NCBI RefSeq assembly: GCF_003918875.1
Contig: NW_025766447.1
Span: 930,001-994,000 of the forward strand
Direction of reading: 5' to 3'
Length of the DNA stretch: 64,000 nt
Origin: Haliotis rubra
Lineage: Eukaryota
Part shown: positions 14,523 to 28,907 of the stretch, one piece after another
Position numbering within the stretch: the stretch's first letter is position 1
Layout of the letters: the number at the start of each line of letters is the position of its first letter
The notes under the pieces: generated by a model
Told to the model about the DNA's origin: nothing
The model's input: only the letters and a program-made list of their open reading frames with translations
Databases searched by the model: none
Made by a program: the position numbers and the translations under genes

Positions 14523-15432
14523 TAAATAAATATTTTAGTGTAATTGTAATCATGAGCATTCTCAAAAATAACATTCCGAGCCCAATCATTCCAATAATCT
14601 AAACATCTAAACAGGTACAAAAACAACTTGAAAAACGTTTAAGACAATCTCTTTATTGCTAATCAGAGCAGTTTACATGATTTTCGCCTGGGGTTATCTC
14701 TCGGTTGCCGCTGTCCAGTCTACCAACGCGACAATGTTTGCACAAGATTATCTTGACCCACAAACACGTGAATTGTTTTACAAGGGCTGATCGCTACCCC
14801 TGGGATCACCTATTGTCCTGACCGCACCCCAAGAGCTCCAGCAGACAGGCCCTGAAACTGATTTGCTGTTTAGTTCCCGTCGACTGCCCACGACAAACAA
14901 ACACATATGTTGTGATACCTTTCAGCGTGTGTTGAAACAATGCCATTACAGCCCCTCCCTCACACCATCAGCACCCATAGAGCAATTGCAGAACTTCAAA
15001 GGGCTCAGATTGATGATAATTGCCTGAAAATAAACTAATTATGAGGGTGTTTTTATAGGAGCTGTACAGATCAAGGGAGCTGCTTGTTGTGTTTGATGCA
15101 CATTTGTGTATGATGATGCCTCGGGGATGGTATCTTTTCGGCACCATCTTTTCCTTACGTCAGAAATGTACCGATGTAAATGACAACCAAAACAATAAAA
15201 TAAAAGCTCATACTTGATAGTGCTTCGTAAACACATGCTTATGATAGGTTGGAATTATACTACCGGCTCTACTTTTGGCAGAGATTTGAAGTTTATTTCA
15301 GTTTGTAGGCCATCGGCCCATGTACAAAAAGAAGATAACTGATATTGTGCATAATGCAATAGGCAGACATTTGTGTTGTCAATATACAGAAGATCAACAT
15401 TTAAGGGATGAATTGATAAACTTAGCACAATT

Positions 15433-15864
15433 CTATAAAAGTACCATGTCATTAGAAGTTATTAACTTTATGAATTTACAAGCATTTGTTAAATTATTCC
15501 ATAGAGGTAAATAAGCTTTTCGTAGTGTTACATATTTATCACATTCAAATAGGAAGTGGACTTCATCTTCATTTCTATTACTATTACACATCTTACAAAT
15601 TACATCTGTGTTCATAGTTTCCTTCCATCTAATATTACATCGTAATGGTAATGCATTGAATCTTAACAAACATAAATATCTTCTTAAGTCTCTTACATTA
15701 ATTCTTAAAATGTGATTATCTAGCGGCAATGATGATATAATACTTTTAAAATGTACAAGACTGGATGGATCCATGATACTGCTACTGATATTTTGTTTTG
15801 AACAATCAACTGACCTCTGCTTAAATAATGGGAGATTTCTCACAAATGGAAAGAGTTTTGTCAT
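15433..15864 (-). mobile_element. Non-LTR retrotransposon (LINE) ORF2 C-terminal fragment
   Basis: ICKMCNSNRNEDEVHFLFECDKYVTLRKAYL is the C-x2-C...ED-x2-H-FL-x2-C-x2-Y-x2-LR zinc knuckle typical of LINE ORF2 3' ends. Confidence 0.8.
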
Positions 15865-17189
15865 TTATTAAAAACAATAACAAACATAAAAGAATTAGAA
15901 ATGTGTTTGTGTGAGACAGAGAAGTTATATATCAGATGTTTTCCTCTGGGGCGATTTTGTCCGTCAGAATGTGGATTCCCATCTCTCACCTTCCCCACAT
16001 TCTTAGGAAATGGAAGCGTGACATGTCGCTCACACAACTCTACAGGTGAATCCATACGAATATCCAGGCGGCAATAAACTGAGTACATAATCAAAGTCAA
16101 TATTTTTAACAAAATGCCTCCGGCAAAAATACATTAACATATATGTAAATATTCTGTGCCTGCTGTATACATTTGGTTCAAATACATTTTATTTCATTTT
16201 ATGAAAAATAGATCGTCATAAACGCAAACGCTGGTATATGTTAGTGCCTCTTCAAGGTACAGAATATCAAAATCATAACTACATTCAGTGTATGTGCATC
16301 ACCACTGGGGCTAACGAAATAAATACGTGGTTATGTAACCTTCGTTTATCAAAGATAAAAAACTGATACATTTACTAGTTGTAAAAATAACTAATCTTAA
16401 AGTGAAAGTTGTTAAACAAAATATGTTAATTCATCTTTCTTTCCCCGACTTTTTCAAGCTTAAAACACGTGAGACGTTAACTGTGTCGTTTATCATTGAC
16501 CCATAACCTAGAAGTTTACACTTGTAATTATGGACATCTTCACAATGGTTACCGCAGTCTTCATCTTTAGGTATACATCTATATTCATCTCATAACAGCG
16601 AGCTTGGGACAACAATAATGGCTATTTGAAAGAATAACAGGTCAAGGGTTTTACTATACGTATATTTGTTCTCATACAGCTAGACGTATGTCCAGGGCAT
16701 ATGTTGTTATCGTTATAAAGTGAGAATTAATAAGGTGTCCTTTAACTTGTGTATTTACCAATTAAGACGAATGGTAATGACATTTGGGAGAATGAAAAAG
16801 GGTAGGCAAACAATATATTAGGCAAAAATAAACATCTTTACAAGTATTATTACACATATTATTTACTAAATGTTATCATCATCAAGGTCATTCAAGTATA
16901 CGGGGCTATAAACTACATATACATGTAATTATCGCCAGAGACAAACATGTACCCGTGTCTGGAAGTTAAACAGATTAATCATCATCGAAGGTATACAAGT
17001 ATACGTGTCTCCAAGTTACACCGATTAATTATTGCCAATGCCATATAGATACTCCTGTTTGTAAGTTACATAGATTAATCATCACCAAAGTTTTCCATAT
17101 CCAGTCACGCCCTAAGTGTAAGAAACTCTACAGGAACTGTATTTCGATTAACCTTTCCACCTCAAATATAGACTTGCCCGACATATGAA

Positions 17190-17357
17190 TGAGTGTGAGT
17201 GAATTTAGTTTTACGCCGCTTTTAGCAATATTCCAACAATATCACGGCGGGTGGCACCAGAAATGAGCTTCACATATTGTACTCATGTGGGGAATCGAAC
17301 ACGGGTTCTCGCAGTGACGAGTGAACGCTTTAACCATTAAGCTACACCATCGCCCCA
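17190..17357 (-). mobile_element. tRNA-derived SINE family A, full length
   Basis: Reverse complement of the 40615 element, flanked by a 13-bp TSD CCCGACAYATGAA (17177-17189 and 17358-17370). Confidence 0.85.
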
Positions 17358-17723
17358 CCCGACACATGAAAAGAAAGTGAAAGTCCACGTGTTGATTCAG
17401 TGTCAGTTGTACATCACTCACTCAACCAATGTCTCAACTCCAGTGTATTGGCCGGGGCATAGAGCTGCGTTGTAGCATAATGCACAGGAACATTCATTTT
17501 ATGGTAGTTAGATTTTGATCTTATTTCCCTTACGTTTGAAAACATCATTCGATATTCCATTTTTAGCTCATATCTAACACGTGTTTGTCATATTAGGACT
17601 AGTACAAAGAACTCCACCGATTATCATCCGTTGTGGGATGGCGATAAGTATGCTTCGTAACAGCATATTTGTGGTTACATGTCATTGAGCCTAGATGACA
17701 AGTGTCGAGTTCATTTGAGTATG

Positions 17724-18868
17724 ACATCAGGAGGAGAGTATAACATCAGGAGGACATCGGGAGGAGAGTATAACATCAGGAGGAGAGTATAACATCAGGA
17801 GGAGAGTAGAACATCAGGAGGAGAGTAGAACATCAAGAGGAGAGTAGAACATCAGGACGAGAGTGTAACATCAGGAGGAGAGTAGAACATCAGGAGGAGA
17901 GTAGAACATCAGGAGGAGAGGAGGAGAGTGTAACATCAGGAGGAGAGTAGAACATCAGGAGGAGAGTAGAACATCAGGAGGAGAGTAGAACGCCAGGAGG
18001 AGAAGAGTAGAACATCAGGAGGAGAGTAGAACATCAGGAGGAGAGTAGAACATCAGGAGGAGAGTAGAACATCAAGAGGAGAGTATAACACCAGGACGAG
18101 AGTGTAACATCAGGAGGAGAGTAGAACATCAGGAGGAGAGTAGAACATCAGGAGGAGAGTAGAACATCAGGACGAGAGTATAACATCAGGAGGAGAGTAG
18201 AACATCAGGAGGAGAGTAGAACATCAGGAGGAGAGTAGAACATCAGGAGGAGAGTAGAACATCAGGAGGAGAGTAGAACATCAAGAGGAGAGTAGAACAT
18301 CAAGAGGAGAGTATAACATCAGGACGAGAGTGTTACATGAGGAGGAGAGTATAACATCAGGACGAGAGTAGAACATCAGGAGGAGAGTAGAACATCAAGA
18401 GGAGAGTAGAACATCAAGAGGAGAGTATAACACCAGGACGAGAGTGTAACATCAGGAGGAGAGTAGAACATCAGGAGGAGAGTAGAACATCAGGAGGAGA
18501 GTAGAACATCAGGAGGAGAGTATAACATCAGGAGGAGAGTAGAACATCAGGAGGAGAGTAGAACATCAGGAGGAGAGTAGAACATCAAGAGGAGAGTAGA
18601 ACATCAAGAGGAGAGTAGAACATCAAGAGGAGAGTATAACATCAGGACGAGAGTGTTACATCAGGAGGAGAGTATAACATCAGGACGAGAGTGTAACATC
18701 AGGAGGAGAGTATAACATCAGGAGGAGAGTAGAACATCAGGACGAGAGTGTATAACATCAGGAGGAGAGTAGAACATCAGGAGGAGTGTATAACATCAGG
18801 AGGAGAGTAGAACATCAGGAGGAGAGTATTACATCAGGAGGAGAGTATAACATCAGGAGGAGAGTATA
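17724..18868. repeat. 19-bp purine-rich minisatellite (ACATCAGGAGGAGAGTAGA)n, block 1
   Basis: About 60 directly visible copies. Confidence 0.97.
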
Positions 18869-19113
18869 AAATGGGATTACCAAGGCCTCTAAATACGCCC
18901 TTTATACAGAGTTGAACTGTTTGATGCCCACGGTTACCCCAGTCTGAAGTTCAGTAGTATCAACACTGAAGGCAGCGGATATCTCACTATGTAGCCTCAT
19001 CCAACACAGCCAGCTGCACACAGTCGTTATACAGTGGCACCCTGTAGTTGCCCCAGACATTGTTGGGCATAGAACCGTCTATGGAAGGTAATATATAATA
19101 ATACATCTCCTAT

Positions 19114-19180
19114 CTAAGTGGCGTAGCCCAGTGGGTAAAACGTTCGCTCGTCACGCCGTTCGATTCTCCACATGCATACA
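19114..19180 (+). mobile_element. Degenerate 5' fragment of SINE family A
   Basis: GTAGCCCAGTGGGTAAAACGTTCGCTCGTCACGCCGTTCGATTCTCCACATG resembles the SINE head. Confidence 0.65.
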
Positions 19181-19567
19181 GTTGACTTTAACCTGAGCTG
19201 CGGTAATCCCAATACCCATGAGAAGACCACCTTGTACTTAAATCTCCCTGGCTCGATAAGAACATTCTTATTGTTTTGCTGATTATTGGGTGAGACCAGC
19301 TTTACATTAGACAACGACTGCGGGCGAAGCAGGGTATCATCATCTGCCAGAATATCTATTAGATCATTGGCTTCCAATAGGAAAACAATACTACTCGATA
19401 CAACGGAACCAGGAATACACTTGTAAGATCCAGGAAATATCAAAGACACCTGCCTGCAGTTGTTCATTAACAAGGTAAAGTAACTGTTTAGAAGTTGACA
19501 TTCACTATCTGGCCCATTCTCTTCCCACAGAGGTTACTTGTCATGTCTTCCTACGAACCTCTGCTCT

Positions 19568-20200
19568 CAGGAGGAGAGTAGAACATCAAGAGGAGAGTAG
19601 AACATCAAGAGGAGAGTATAACACCAGGACGAGAGTGTAACATCAGGAGGAGAGTAGAACATCAGGAGGAGAGTAGAACATCAGGAGGAGAGTAGAACAT
19701 CAAGAGGAGAGTATAACATCAGGACGAGAGTGTAACATCAGGAGGAGAGTAGAACATCAGGAGGAGAGTAGAACATCAGGAGAAGAGTAGAACATCAGGA
19801 GGAGAGTAGAACATCAGGAGGAGAGTAGAACATCAGGAGGAGAGTAGAACATCAGGACGAGAGTGTAACATCAGGAGGAGAGTATAACATCAGGAGGAGA
19901 GTAGAACATCAGGAGGAGAGTAGAACATCAGGAGGAGAGTAGAACATCAAGAGGAGAGTAGAACATCAAGAGGAGAGTAGAACATCAGGACGAGAGTGTT
20001 ACATCAGGAGGAGAGTATAACATCAGGACGAGAGTGTAACATCAGGAGGAGAGTATAACATCAGGAGGAGAGTAGAACATCAGGACGAGAGTGTATAACA
20101 TCAGGAGGAGAGTAGAACATCAGGAGGAGTGTAGAACATCAGGAGGAGAGTAGAACATCAGGAGGAGTGTATAACATCAGGAGGAGAGTATAACATCAGG
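19568..20200. repeat. 19-bp minisatellite, block 2
   Basis: Same unit as 17724-18868. Confidence 0.97.
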
Positions 20201-20701
20201 TTCTCGTAAAATCCCCTAGCGGCAAAAGATCGCAACACGAATTATCACCCTTCTTTCTATCCAATCAGAACACGTGTTACATCGACTTAGATTCAACTTG
20301 ACTAACACAAGCAAATGTGGGGCCACAAATATCCCCCATCTGCCGGGGACTTGTGTTGATGTTACACACAAGACGTTTAATGGCTAGCTTGTCCGTTGTC
20401 AACGAGGGCGATGGAGACGCCACTGATCCGCCATGACATGACTGAGTTCTGTCTTGAAGAAACGTTTGCGCATCGCGCAGGGGAAGAAGTTTAGTTTTCT
20501 CGAAGCATACGGAAATTACCGAGGCCTTGCGAATGATCACTTTTGAAACAACGTCGCTGATTGCACAACTAAATCTGATTGCCTCCAATCACGAGTCTTG
20601 AACGGGCCGTATTAGAACAGAGGTTACGTAGGAAGATATGACAGGAGTAACCTCTGTGGGAAGAGAATGTATCTGGCCATCATCACTTATATTTTCAGAA
20701 A

Positions 20702-20848
20702 AGTGGTTAAAGCGTTCGCACGTCACACCGAAGGCCAGGGTTCGATTTCCCACGTGGGTACAATGTGTGAAGCCCATTTCTGGTGTCCCCCGCCGTGATA
20801 TTGCTGGAATATTGCTAAAAGCGGCGTAAAACCATAGTCACTCACTCC
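20702..20848 (+). mobile_element. SINE family A, slightly 5'-truncated
   Basis: AGTGGTTAAAGCG...GGTTCGATTTCC (B box)...GATATTGCTGGAATATTGCTAAAAGCGGCGTAAAAC plus tail; near-identical to the 40615 copy. Confidence 0.88.
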
Positions 20849-22554
20849 TACCCAAGTGCTTTTTCGGCAATATTTACCAAAAATAATGGTATCACATAAT
20901 TGCTAAAAAGAACGTTGAACATGACCCAGTTGCTATTAATAGCATGCATGTGTCTCGCGAAATGAGACGAAATGTAAGTAATGTCTTATCTAATTAAATG
21001 GATGAATGTATTAAATATTCTTTACAATAAGAGTTCCAATGGATTATGTGGTTTTGGATATGTTCATAAAAGTTCTAGCTCAGTAGTTACTTAAAACAAT
21101 ATCCCCTAAAATGTTCATGATCCCTAACTGTTCAGTTAAGTGTGCTATTCCTTGTACGAAACTCCACAAAGGCACGCATCAGTATGTCTATAATATAGAA
21201 CACTGTATTCTTCTGGTCAACTTCAAACGGTGTGAATAAATAAAATAATCTGTACCAGGAACATTCAAATGGAATACTTTTGAAAACAGATGCAACAAAT
21301 GTGACGTGGACGTGTGTGATTACAATGGATGTAGCACGCAACGCGTGTTGAACCGAATGAATATATAAACAAAATAATGACAATGACAAATGACAAATTA
21401 TATTTACTATACTCCGTCTCATTTCCTACTGTACTAAATGTAGTAATACATGGTGAGGATACCACGTGTTCGCGAAAAGGTGAGCGTTTTCCGCACACCG
21501 GGGCACCGTCATAAACACACGCAAAGGCTTGTCAACTGTTCACCTGAAAAACATGGGAACGTATGGTACAAGTATAAAAGGAAATGTTCTGGGCATGTCC
21601 ACATAATCCGTACTGAAAGCTTTACTGAGGACTTGGATTGTGTAACCTTGAACATTGGAATGGTCAATGTATCCCTCTTGTCATACAGCCTCGTGGTGGG
21701 TCTATTGTCAGGCTGAGTCTTCATACAGCCTCGTGGTGGGTCTATTGTCAGGCTGAGTCTTCCTGCAGCGATCCAAACACAAAACACATGAAGCGGTCTA
21801 GCTGGCCCCCCTATATTTCAAGTACAGGTGGATATATCAGTAGAAGGGAATTGGCTATTTGATTGTTATTGAAGGTTTACAGATCATCGATACGTCTGAA
21901 GCTTAAGCTAAACCTCTTTGCCAAATAACGTTGTTTTGAGTTTGCGAAACCCGAGCAGAAATTCTGATCATATGCAAGCAGAAACAGATCCGCCAGGAGG
22001 GGAGTATAGTTGGTATCCACGAGGATGCCCATTTCTTATCTAAATGTTTTACGCCCAATTCTTATATAGAAGTTATCAACGAAGAAGTCCAACATGTCAC
22101 ATATTGTACTCTCAGTAAACTACAAATCACATTTGCTTTCAGTTTTGAAAATGTACCCTGAACCTCTGAAAACAGATATGTAACTAACTCACCTTGTTAA
22201 TTAACAAAAAACCAACAAAACAAACAAAACATGGATCATGAAATGAAGCTTTCCCTAAGTTTGTCAGGTGGTTTAGTAGTGGACAAAGTTGAAAAATCAG
22301 TTGCTTTGACAGAACAAAACTAGGCCCGTTTCTGAAATTGTACGAAGTCAAGTAAATCCTTTGAAGTTTTGAGAATTAAGATATCAAGTCCACTTGTCTC
22401 AAATACCTATGTGAATATAAAAAAGTCCTTCCTTGATAGTGTTAACGATTGTGGTTAATCTTTGAGACAGGGATTTGACGGTACATTTGCTTGACCAAGC
22501 AATACGTCTCTCCTTGTATGGATTTGTATGGCAGCTTTGGAATTGATGAAATGC

Positions 22555-23570
22555 CACAACCTTCTGGGTAATCCCTTCACTTACACACCTCCACCTTCTG
22601 GATGATACCTTCACTTACATACCTCCACCTTCTGGATGATACCTTCACTTACATACCTCCACCTTCTAGGTGATGAGTTCACTTACATACCTCCACCTTC
22701 AGGGTGATGAGTTTCACTTACATACCTCCACCTTCTGGATGATGAGTTCACTTACATACCTCCACCTTCTGGGTAATGCCGTCACTTACATACCTCCACC
22801 TTCTGAGTAATCCGGTTACTGGCATACCTCCACCTTCTGGATGATACCTTCACTTACATACCTCAACCTTCTAGGTGATGAGCTCACTTATATACCTCCA
22901 CCTTCTGGGTGATGCCGTCACTTACATACCACCACCTTCTGGGTGATACCGTCACTTACATACCACCACCTTCTGGGTGATACCGTTACTTACATACCAC
23001 CACCTTCTGGGTGATACCGTTACTTACATACCGCCACCTTCTTGGTGATACCTTCACTTACATACCTCCACCTTCAGGGTGATGAGTTCACTTACATACC
23101 TCCACCTTCTGGGTAATGCCGTCAGTTACATACCTCCACCTTCTGGGTAATCCGGTTACTGGCATACCGCCACCTTCTGGATGATACCTTCACTTACATA
23201 CCTCCACCTTCTGGGTGATGTCGTCACTTACATACCACCACCTTCTGGGTGATCCCGTCACTTACATACCTCCACCTTCTGGGTGATGCCGTCACTTACA
23301 TACCTCCACCTTCTAGGTGTTCCCGTCACTTACATACCTCCACCTTCTGGATGATGCCTGTACTTACATACCTCCACCTTCTAGGTGATCCCGTCACTTA
23401 CACACCCCCACCTTCTAGGTGATGCCGTCACTTACACACCTCCATCTTCTGGATGATGCCTTCACTTACATACCTCCACCTTCTGGGTGATGCCTGTACT
23501 TACACACCACCCCCTTCTGGGTGATGTCGTCACTGACATATGTCCATCTCTCCACCTTCTGGGTGATGTA
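22555..23570. repeat. 34-bp minisatellite subfamily 1 (CACTTACATACCTCCACCTTCTGGGTGATRCCGT)
   Basis: About 29 visible copies. Confidence 0.95.
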
Positions 23571-23604
23571 TTGGGTGACCCCTCGCCTTGGAAATATCCT
23601 ACGC

Positions 23605-24445
23605 CTAGGTGATCCATTGACTTGCATACCGCCATGTTCTAGGTGATCTCTTGACTTTCATACCGCCATCTTCTAGGCGATCCCTTGACCTGCATACCGC
23701 CATCTTCTAGGTGATCCATTGACTTGCATACCGCCATCTTCTAAGTGATCCATTGACTTGCATACCGCCATCTTCTAAGTGATCCATTGACTTGCATACC
23801 GCCATCTTCTAAGTGATCCATTGACTTGCATACCGCCATCTGCTAAGTGATCCGTTGACTTGCATACCGCCATCTTCTAAGTGATCTATTGACTTGCATA
23901 CCGCCATCTTCTAAGTGATCCATTGACTTGCATACCGCCATGTTCTAGGTGATCCATTGACTTGCATACCGCCATCTTCTAAGTGATCCATTGACTTGCA
24001 TACCGCCATCTTCTAAGTGATCCATTGACTTGCATACCGCCATGTTCTAGGTGATCCATTGACTTGCATATCGCCATCTTCTAAGTGATCCATTGACTTG
24101 CATACCGCCATCTTCTAAGTGATCCATTGACTTGCATACCGCCATGTTCTAGGTGATCCATTGACTTGCATATCGCCATCTTCTAAGTGATCCATTGACT
24201 TGCATACCGCCATCTTCTAAGTGATCCATTGACTTGCATACCACCATCTTCTATGTGACCCACTGACTTGCATACCGCCATCTTCTAGGTGACCCGTTGA
24301 CTTGCATGCTACCATCTTCTGGATGATCCATTGACTTGCATACTACCATCTTCTAGGTGATCCACCGACTTGCATACCGCCATCTTCTAGGCGACCCATT
24401 GACAAGCATACCGCCATCTTCTAGGGAATCCCTTGACTTGCATAT
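23605..24445. repeat. 34-bp minisatellite subfamily 2 (GACTTGCATACCGCCATCTTCTAAGTGATCCATT)
   Basis: About 24 visible copies, alignable without gaps to subfamily 1. Confidence 0.95.
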
Positions 24446-27269
24446 CATCTTCCGGTTGACCTCATGCCTTTTGTACGCTCTAAGGTTCTAAATAAAGCAG
24501 GATTAGACATTAAACACACATCCCTTTCAACCAGTGTTAGTTGTAGGAAAGCAGCATTGTAGAATCTGGGAAGGGTACACGTATATGACCTGAGTACAAA
24601 CAAATTACAGGGACATTAACGTCATCTTCGACATTATTGCTGCTATCGAACAGTATGTTAACGATATGCAGGGAGCTCACAGAACTGAAGTCACTTCAAT
24701 GATTGTTAAGCACGTCCTGAAGGGGTAGCTGAAAAGTAATAAGGGAACACGATATGCCATGATTTATAATAAGACCAACATCTACTTATAGCTCTAAGTT
24801 TTCTCCTGTTGTAAACAAAATGTCTATTCTTTGTTGTTTTGTAAAGACAAACTCAAACCATATCACCCCGTACTGTTAAATTAGGAATCTTAGAGCCTTC
24901 TGTGTCCCAGATCGCTTGACCATAATATAAATGACTTTTACAATGCGTGAAATATATTGACACGATTATCAGATTTGATTTCACAAATGCGCAAAACTGG
25001 TTTATTACTCGTAGTTGTTTCTTTTGCTGTAAACTCCGTTTCCATCAACACGCCTAAATATTAATAGGCTAGACTCTAATCTTTAACATTTTCCCCAATA
25101 GCAAACATGAAATAAAACCGTACAATTGGTGGTTCGAGCCACGTCATGCCAAAAGACCCTGCATCGCGCTCGGGAATTAGCTGATATACCAAATGTGGCA
25201 GACTCGGAGTCAGCATGATGCATCGGAGTGGAGTATGTTAAATTCATTCATGGTATATCAGCATGCGTAAGGATGATGAAAATATTCAGGGCCTGTAAAA
25301 GTAGACTCAAGTACATTCACACGCTCACTATAGAATATATTACGAACATGCCCAGTCCAACTGTTCTTATCTGGAACAAAAAGAGATACACCATACAACA
25401 AAGGATAAATATACAGAAATGAAGTTATAAATTACACAAAGTAAATGATTAATATATACAGTGAATAGCATTAACGCCAAAACAGCTCCCTGGCGGACAC
25501 CAGACCTTAACTTGAACACATAAACAAAATGGGAAACTGAGACACGGTGATCTCATACTTAAACCGAATTGCATAAATAAATCTACCCTTCATGTCCAAC
25601 TCTCTGAGCTCGTGCCATAAAAATGGCGTTTGACTTTCTTAAATGCTTTCGCAATATGAATAAAACACATAAAAGTAACGTTTTTATATAACTAATGAAT
25701 AAACACATTAAAGATTGTGGTTTCGTATTCTCAGCTCACGGAAACCATTTGGTAGTCTAAAAAAGTTGTTTTTATGTGTGTTATTATCCAGCAACGTATT
25801 ATAAAGGTTATTTAGATTATCTCAGTAAATATTCCATGAACCAGAAAGTTCTGAAATGGGTCACTCTTGCTGGTCGACCTCTTTGACTGTCTGTATTATT
25901 CAAGCAAGAGTTCACCTTGTCCATGAGAGACCAAACCGTGAACAACAAGATGCACACCCATTTACGTTTATGGTCCTTTCCACAAACGATTCTAGGGCTA
26001 AGATGTCCATACATTAGCACAGACTTACAGCAGATGTTAACGCTAACATCTCTTTTTCCTGTTCCACGTTAGGACATTACTTGTTCTATAGATTATTACA
26101 TTATGTCTTGAACTGGGATAATAGATATTAAAATCAATTCAATGTCCGAAATGAAAGTCGCTGTCACCTAACTATCGGCGTATTTGCACGCCTGAGATAA
26201 TAATGTCCCAAGAGTGTCTTCGCCATTAGCTAGCATCATAAAGAGACTTCACCTAGCTATCACTGACCCTGTCCTATTGAAACGTGTTATAATCTCGACA
26301 GACACACGATGAAAACAATACATAATTGCAGTCAACATTTCTTTAAGCGTCATGATAATTGTCCGTAAGTGTATCATACAGGGTATCAAGGAACGCGATT
26401 ATTCAGAACATGCGAGATCTAGCGCCCTCTATCAGTGTCCCCTGCAGCAAGGGCAATTAACTATTATGTTTATGTACACAGCGTGGTTTAATTGTCATTA
26501 CACAATGGCAAGCAAGAAAACGTAGAAGTGGTACACAAAGACTCGGTGTGAGTAGATGGGAGATTAGCTTCACAAGCTGTGAAATGTTGTCATACACCCG
26601 AGCGATGTGTGATGTTTTTGCGTTACGAGGTGATGATTTTGTGGAACTCGTGGGAAATACTGACAGTCAACTCGTTACAGGTGCTGCTAAAAGACAAGAA
26701 GATATCACCAAGAAATACATCGAAATGTCACTTTCAGCGAATTGTCATAGTGTGCGACTGGTCGTGGCAGCATGGTTGTCAAGGTAACTCACAGATAACA
26801 CCTTGGGCCAAACAAATGGCTTGCCCCCGTGTCCGACATACGCATTATGTCGGAAAGCGCGCGTTAAATGTCCTAATCATCATCACATTATTCTGTTAGT
26901 GACGTCTTGGCACGTGTTGACGTATGGTACCAGTTTTGACATTGATATTGCCAGACAAATCCAGTTTGAACCGACAATATCAAGAACAGGTTTTCACATC
27001 AAACAGAATATGGCAAGTTGATAACTTACGAAACACAGCTAATTGCACTGAAACAGTTACGTTTACCATTGTATGGACTTAGGTAGTACCGATAATTTTA
27101 ACTATTTGAATGTCTTTACTGAAGACAAGTATTAAAAATAATACAACATAATAGCCAAAAATGGAGGTGTTTTGTGGATTCTTTCTGACCTGTTTAACAG
27201 ACAGTTACATGAAAGAGATTATACTTATTTCTTAACTAGAGTCGACGACCTGCTAATTCGGTTGCTATT

Positions 27270-27490
27270 GATCTAAGGCTAGAATGGATCTTCATCAACC
27301 GATCCTTGTAAGGGGCATCTGAAGCTTTCGCTTGGTCAGACGTGTTTGATGCTTGTATCCAAATGGCGTAGATCGATGCTCATAATATTAGTCACTGGTT
27401 TGACCAGCAGACGCACAGACTATTACTTACAGACCGTCGCCAAGAGGCTGGAATAATGCTGAGTAGGCGTTAGACAACAAACAAACCCGC
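27270..27490 (+). mobile_element. SINE family B, diverged copy
   Basis: TAGAATGGATCTTCA...CGTAGATCGATGCTCAT...ACAGACCGTCGCC...GCTGGAATAATGCTGAGT...CGTTAGACAACAAACAAAC matches the reverse complement of 59864-60100. Confidence 0.7.
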
Positions 27491-28752
27491 CAAACAGAAC
27501 TAAAGTCACGGCAGAGCTCTCAGGAGAATCTTGTTCTTTTTCAAAGACCCATGCACCAACATTGGTCAGATTTACTGAAAGCGGCAGTCAGTGCATTGCA
27601 ATCAAGAGCAACAGTGTTTGTGTTGTGTGTTTCTAGTCATGTGCCTCAGTTGTGGATACGGATGATGGAACGGCATCTGTGGCAACATGATCAAGAAAAC
27701 ATTTCCCTTAGTTGAGGAGAGACATTACCCTAAACACTGGGAATTACTTTCCATGAGCATATTTCCCAAACCGGTAAGACAGCAACGGAAACATACGGAA
27801 AGACATATATTTTTAGAGGAGGGCTGGAATAGAGGCAGAAGAGCAACGTTCAAGTCTTCAAAAACCACAGTTTTATATCTCCTCAAAATAAGTCTCCCAG
27901 CAATGAAACAGCGGGGGGTTGAACCTGGACCTAACTTGTGATTGCTGAACACTATATTCACAAGGGTACCGCACAATCTGGTGCTGCTTTGTACTGATTC
28001 GAAATTGTATTTGATTTGTGAACTTAGTTTATTTTAGAATACAATTGTTAATTGCATCACGTTTACATCACATATGTAACAAGATTGAAAAACATATGCA
28101 ATTTGTTATATTGGTATTGATCACTTGTAAAATCTGTAAATAGCTACCATGTGGTCGACTTTGAGATAGAGTTTGAATATGAAAGGTGCAGTGCACATAC
28201 ACCAGTCCCGTTTTAACATTTAGAGAAAGTTGGAGAAAGAAAGTAAATATAAAACGAATAATTATAAGAAACACAGAAAAAGGGCAAGAACAGAATATAG
28301 TACCAGATATTTCCAATCAAACAGAAGGGGACAATACGATGCGTTCGAGATGAAACCTTATTGTGGATTGGGAACGATACATTTCATAAAAAAACAAAAC
28401 ATTTTTAATAATGAGGGTTAATACACTAAATGTAAAGTGGAGATTTACATCAAGAATTTATTTATCCAAAAGGATGTTACACAGTGGTCACTGTTGGTAG
28501 AAGATTTGCACAATTTGACAGAAACTCATCCAAAAGGTGTTTTATTCGGAGTCATAAACATGACTTGAATGATGTCGCGTGCTACCTTTCGAAATGTGTT
28601 GTTCCTTGAGGATCACCATATGGTATAAGGGACATAACTCTTCATGCTGCCTAGCAACAACGTGACGTCGACACACTGTGACACCGGCAATAACGCACTT
28701 GACGCATGTAGTTCAAATTCTGACTGAGTTTGGTTTCCGAGCTATAAAAAAT

Positions 28753-28907
28753 AGAGATTATTAACCGAGTGTGTTCCCGTATTATTAATATCATATATTA
28801 GGAATAAATAATATGTGTTATGCTCGACAAAGGCTCGCATATTACATATTTTTTATTCGTGATATATCATAGCAATGATACGGAAACACCCGAGGTTAAT
28901 AATCTCT
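28753..28907. mobile_element. Foldback MITE (~155-bp near-palindrome)
   Basis: Ends AGAGATTATTAACC / GGTTAATAATCTCT, with imperfect complementarity continuing to the centre. Confidence 0.65.

Noticed and set aside
22555-24445. CRISPR-like regular 34-bp periodicity
   Set aside because: The units are head-to-tail with no unique spacers, there are no cas genes, and the context is eukaryotic. The same applies to the other arrays.
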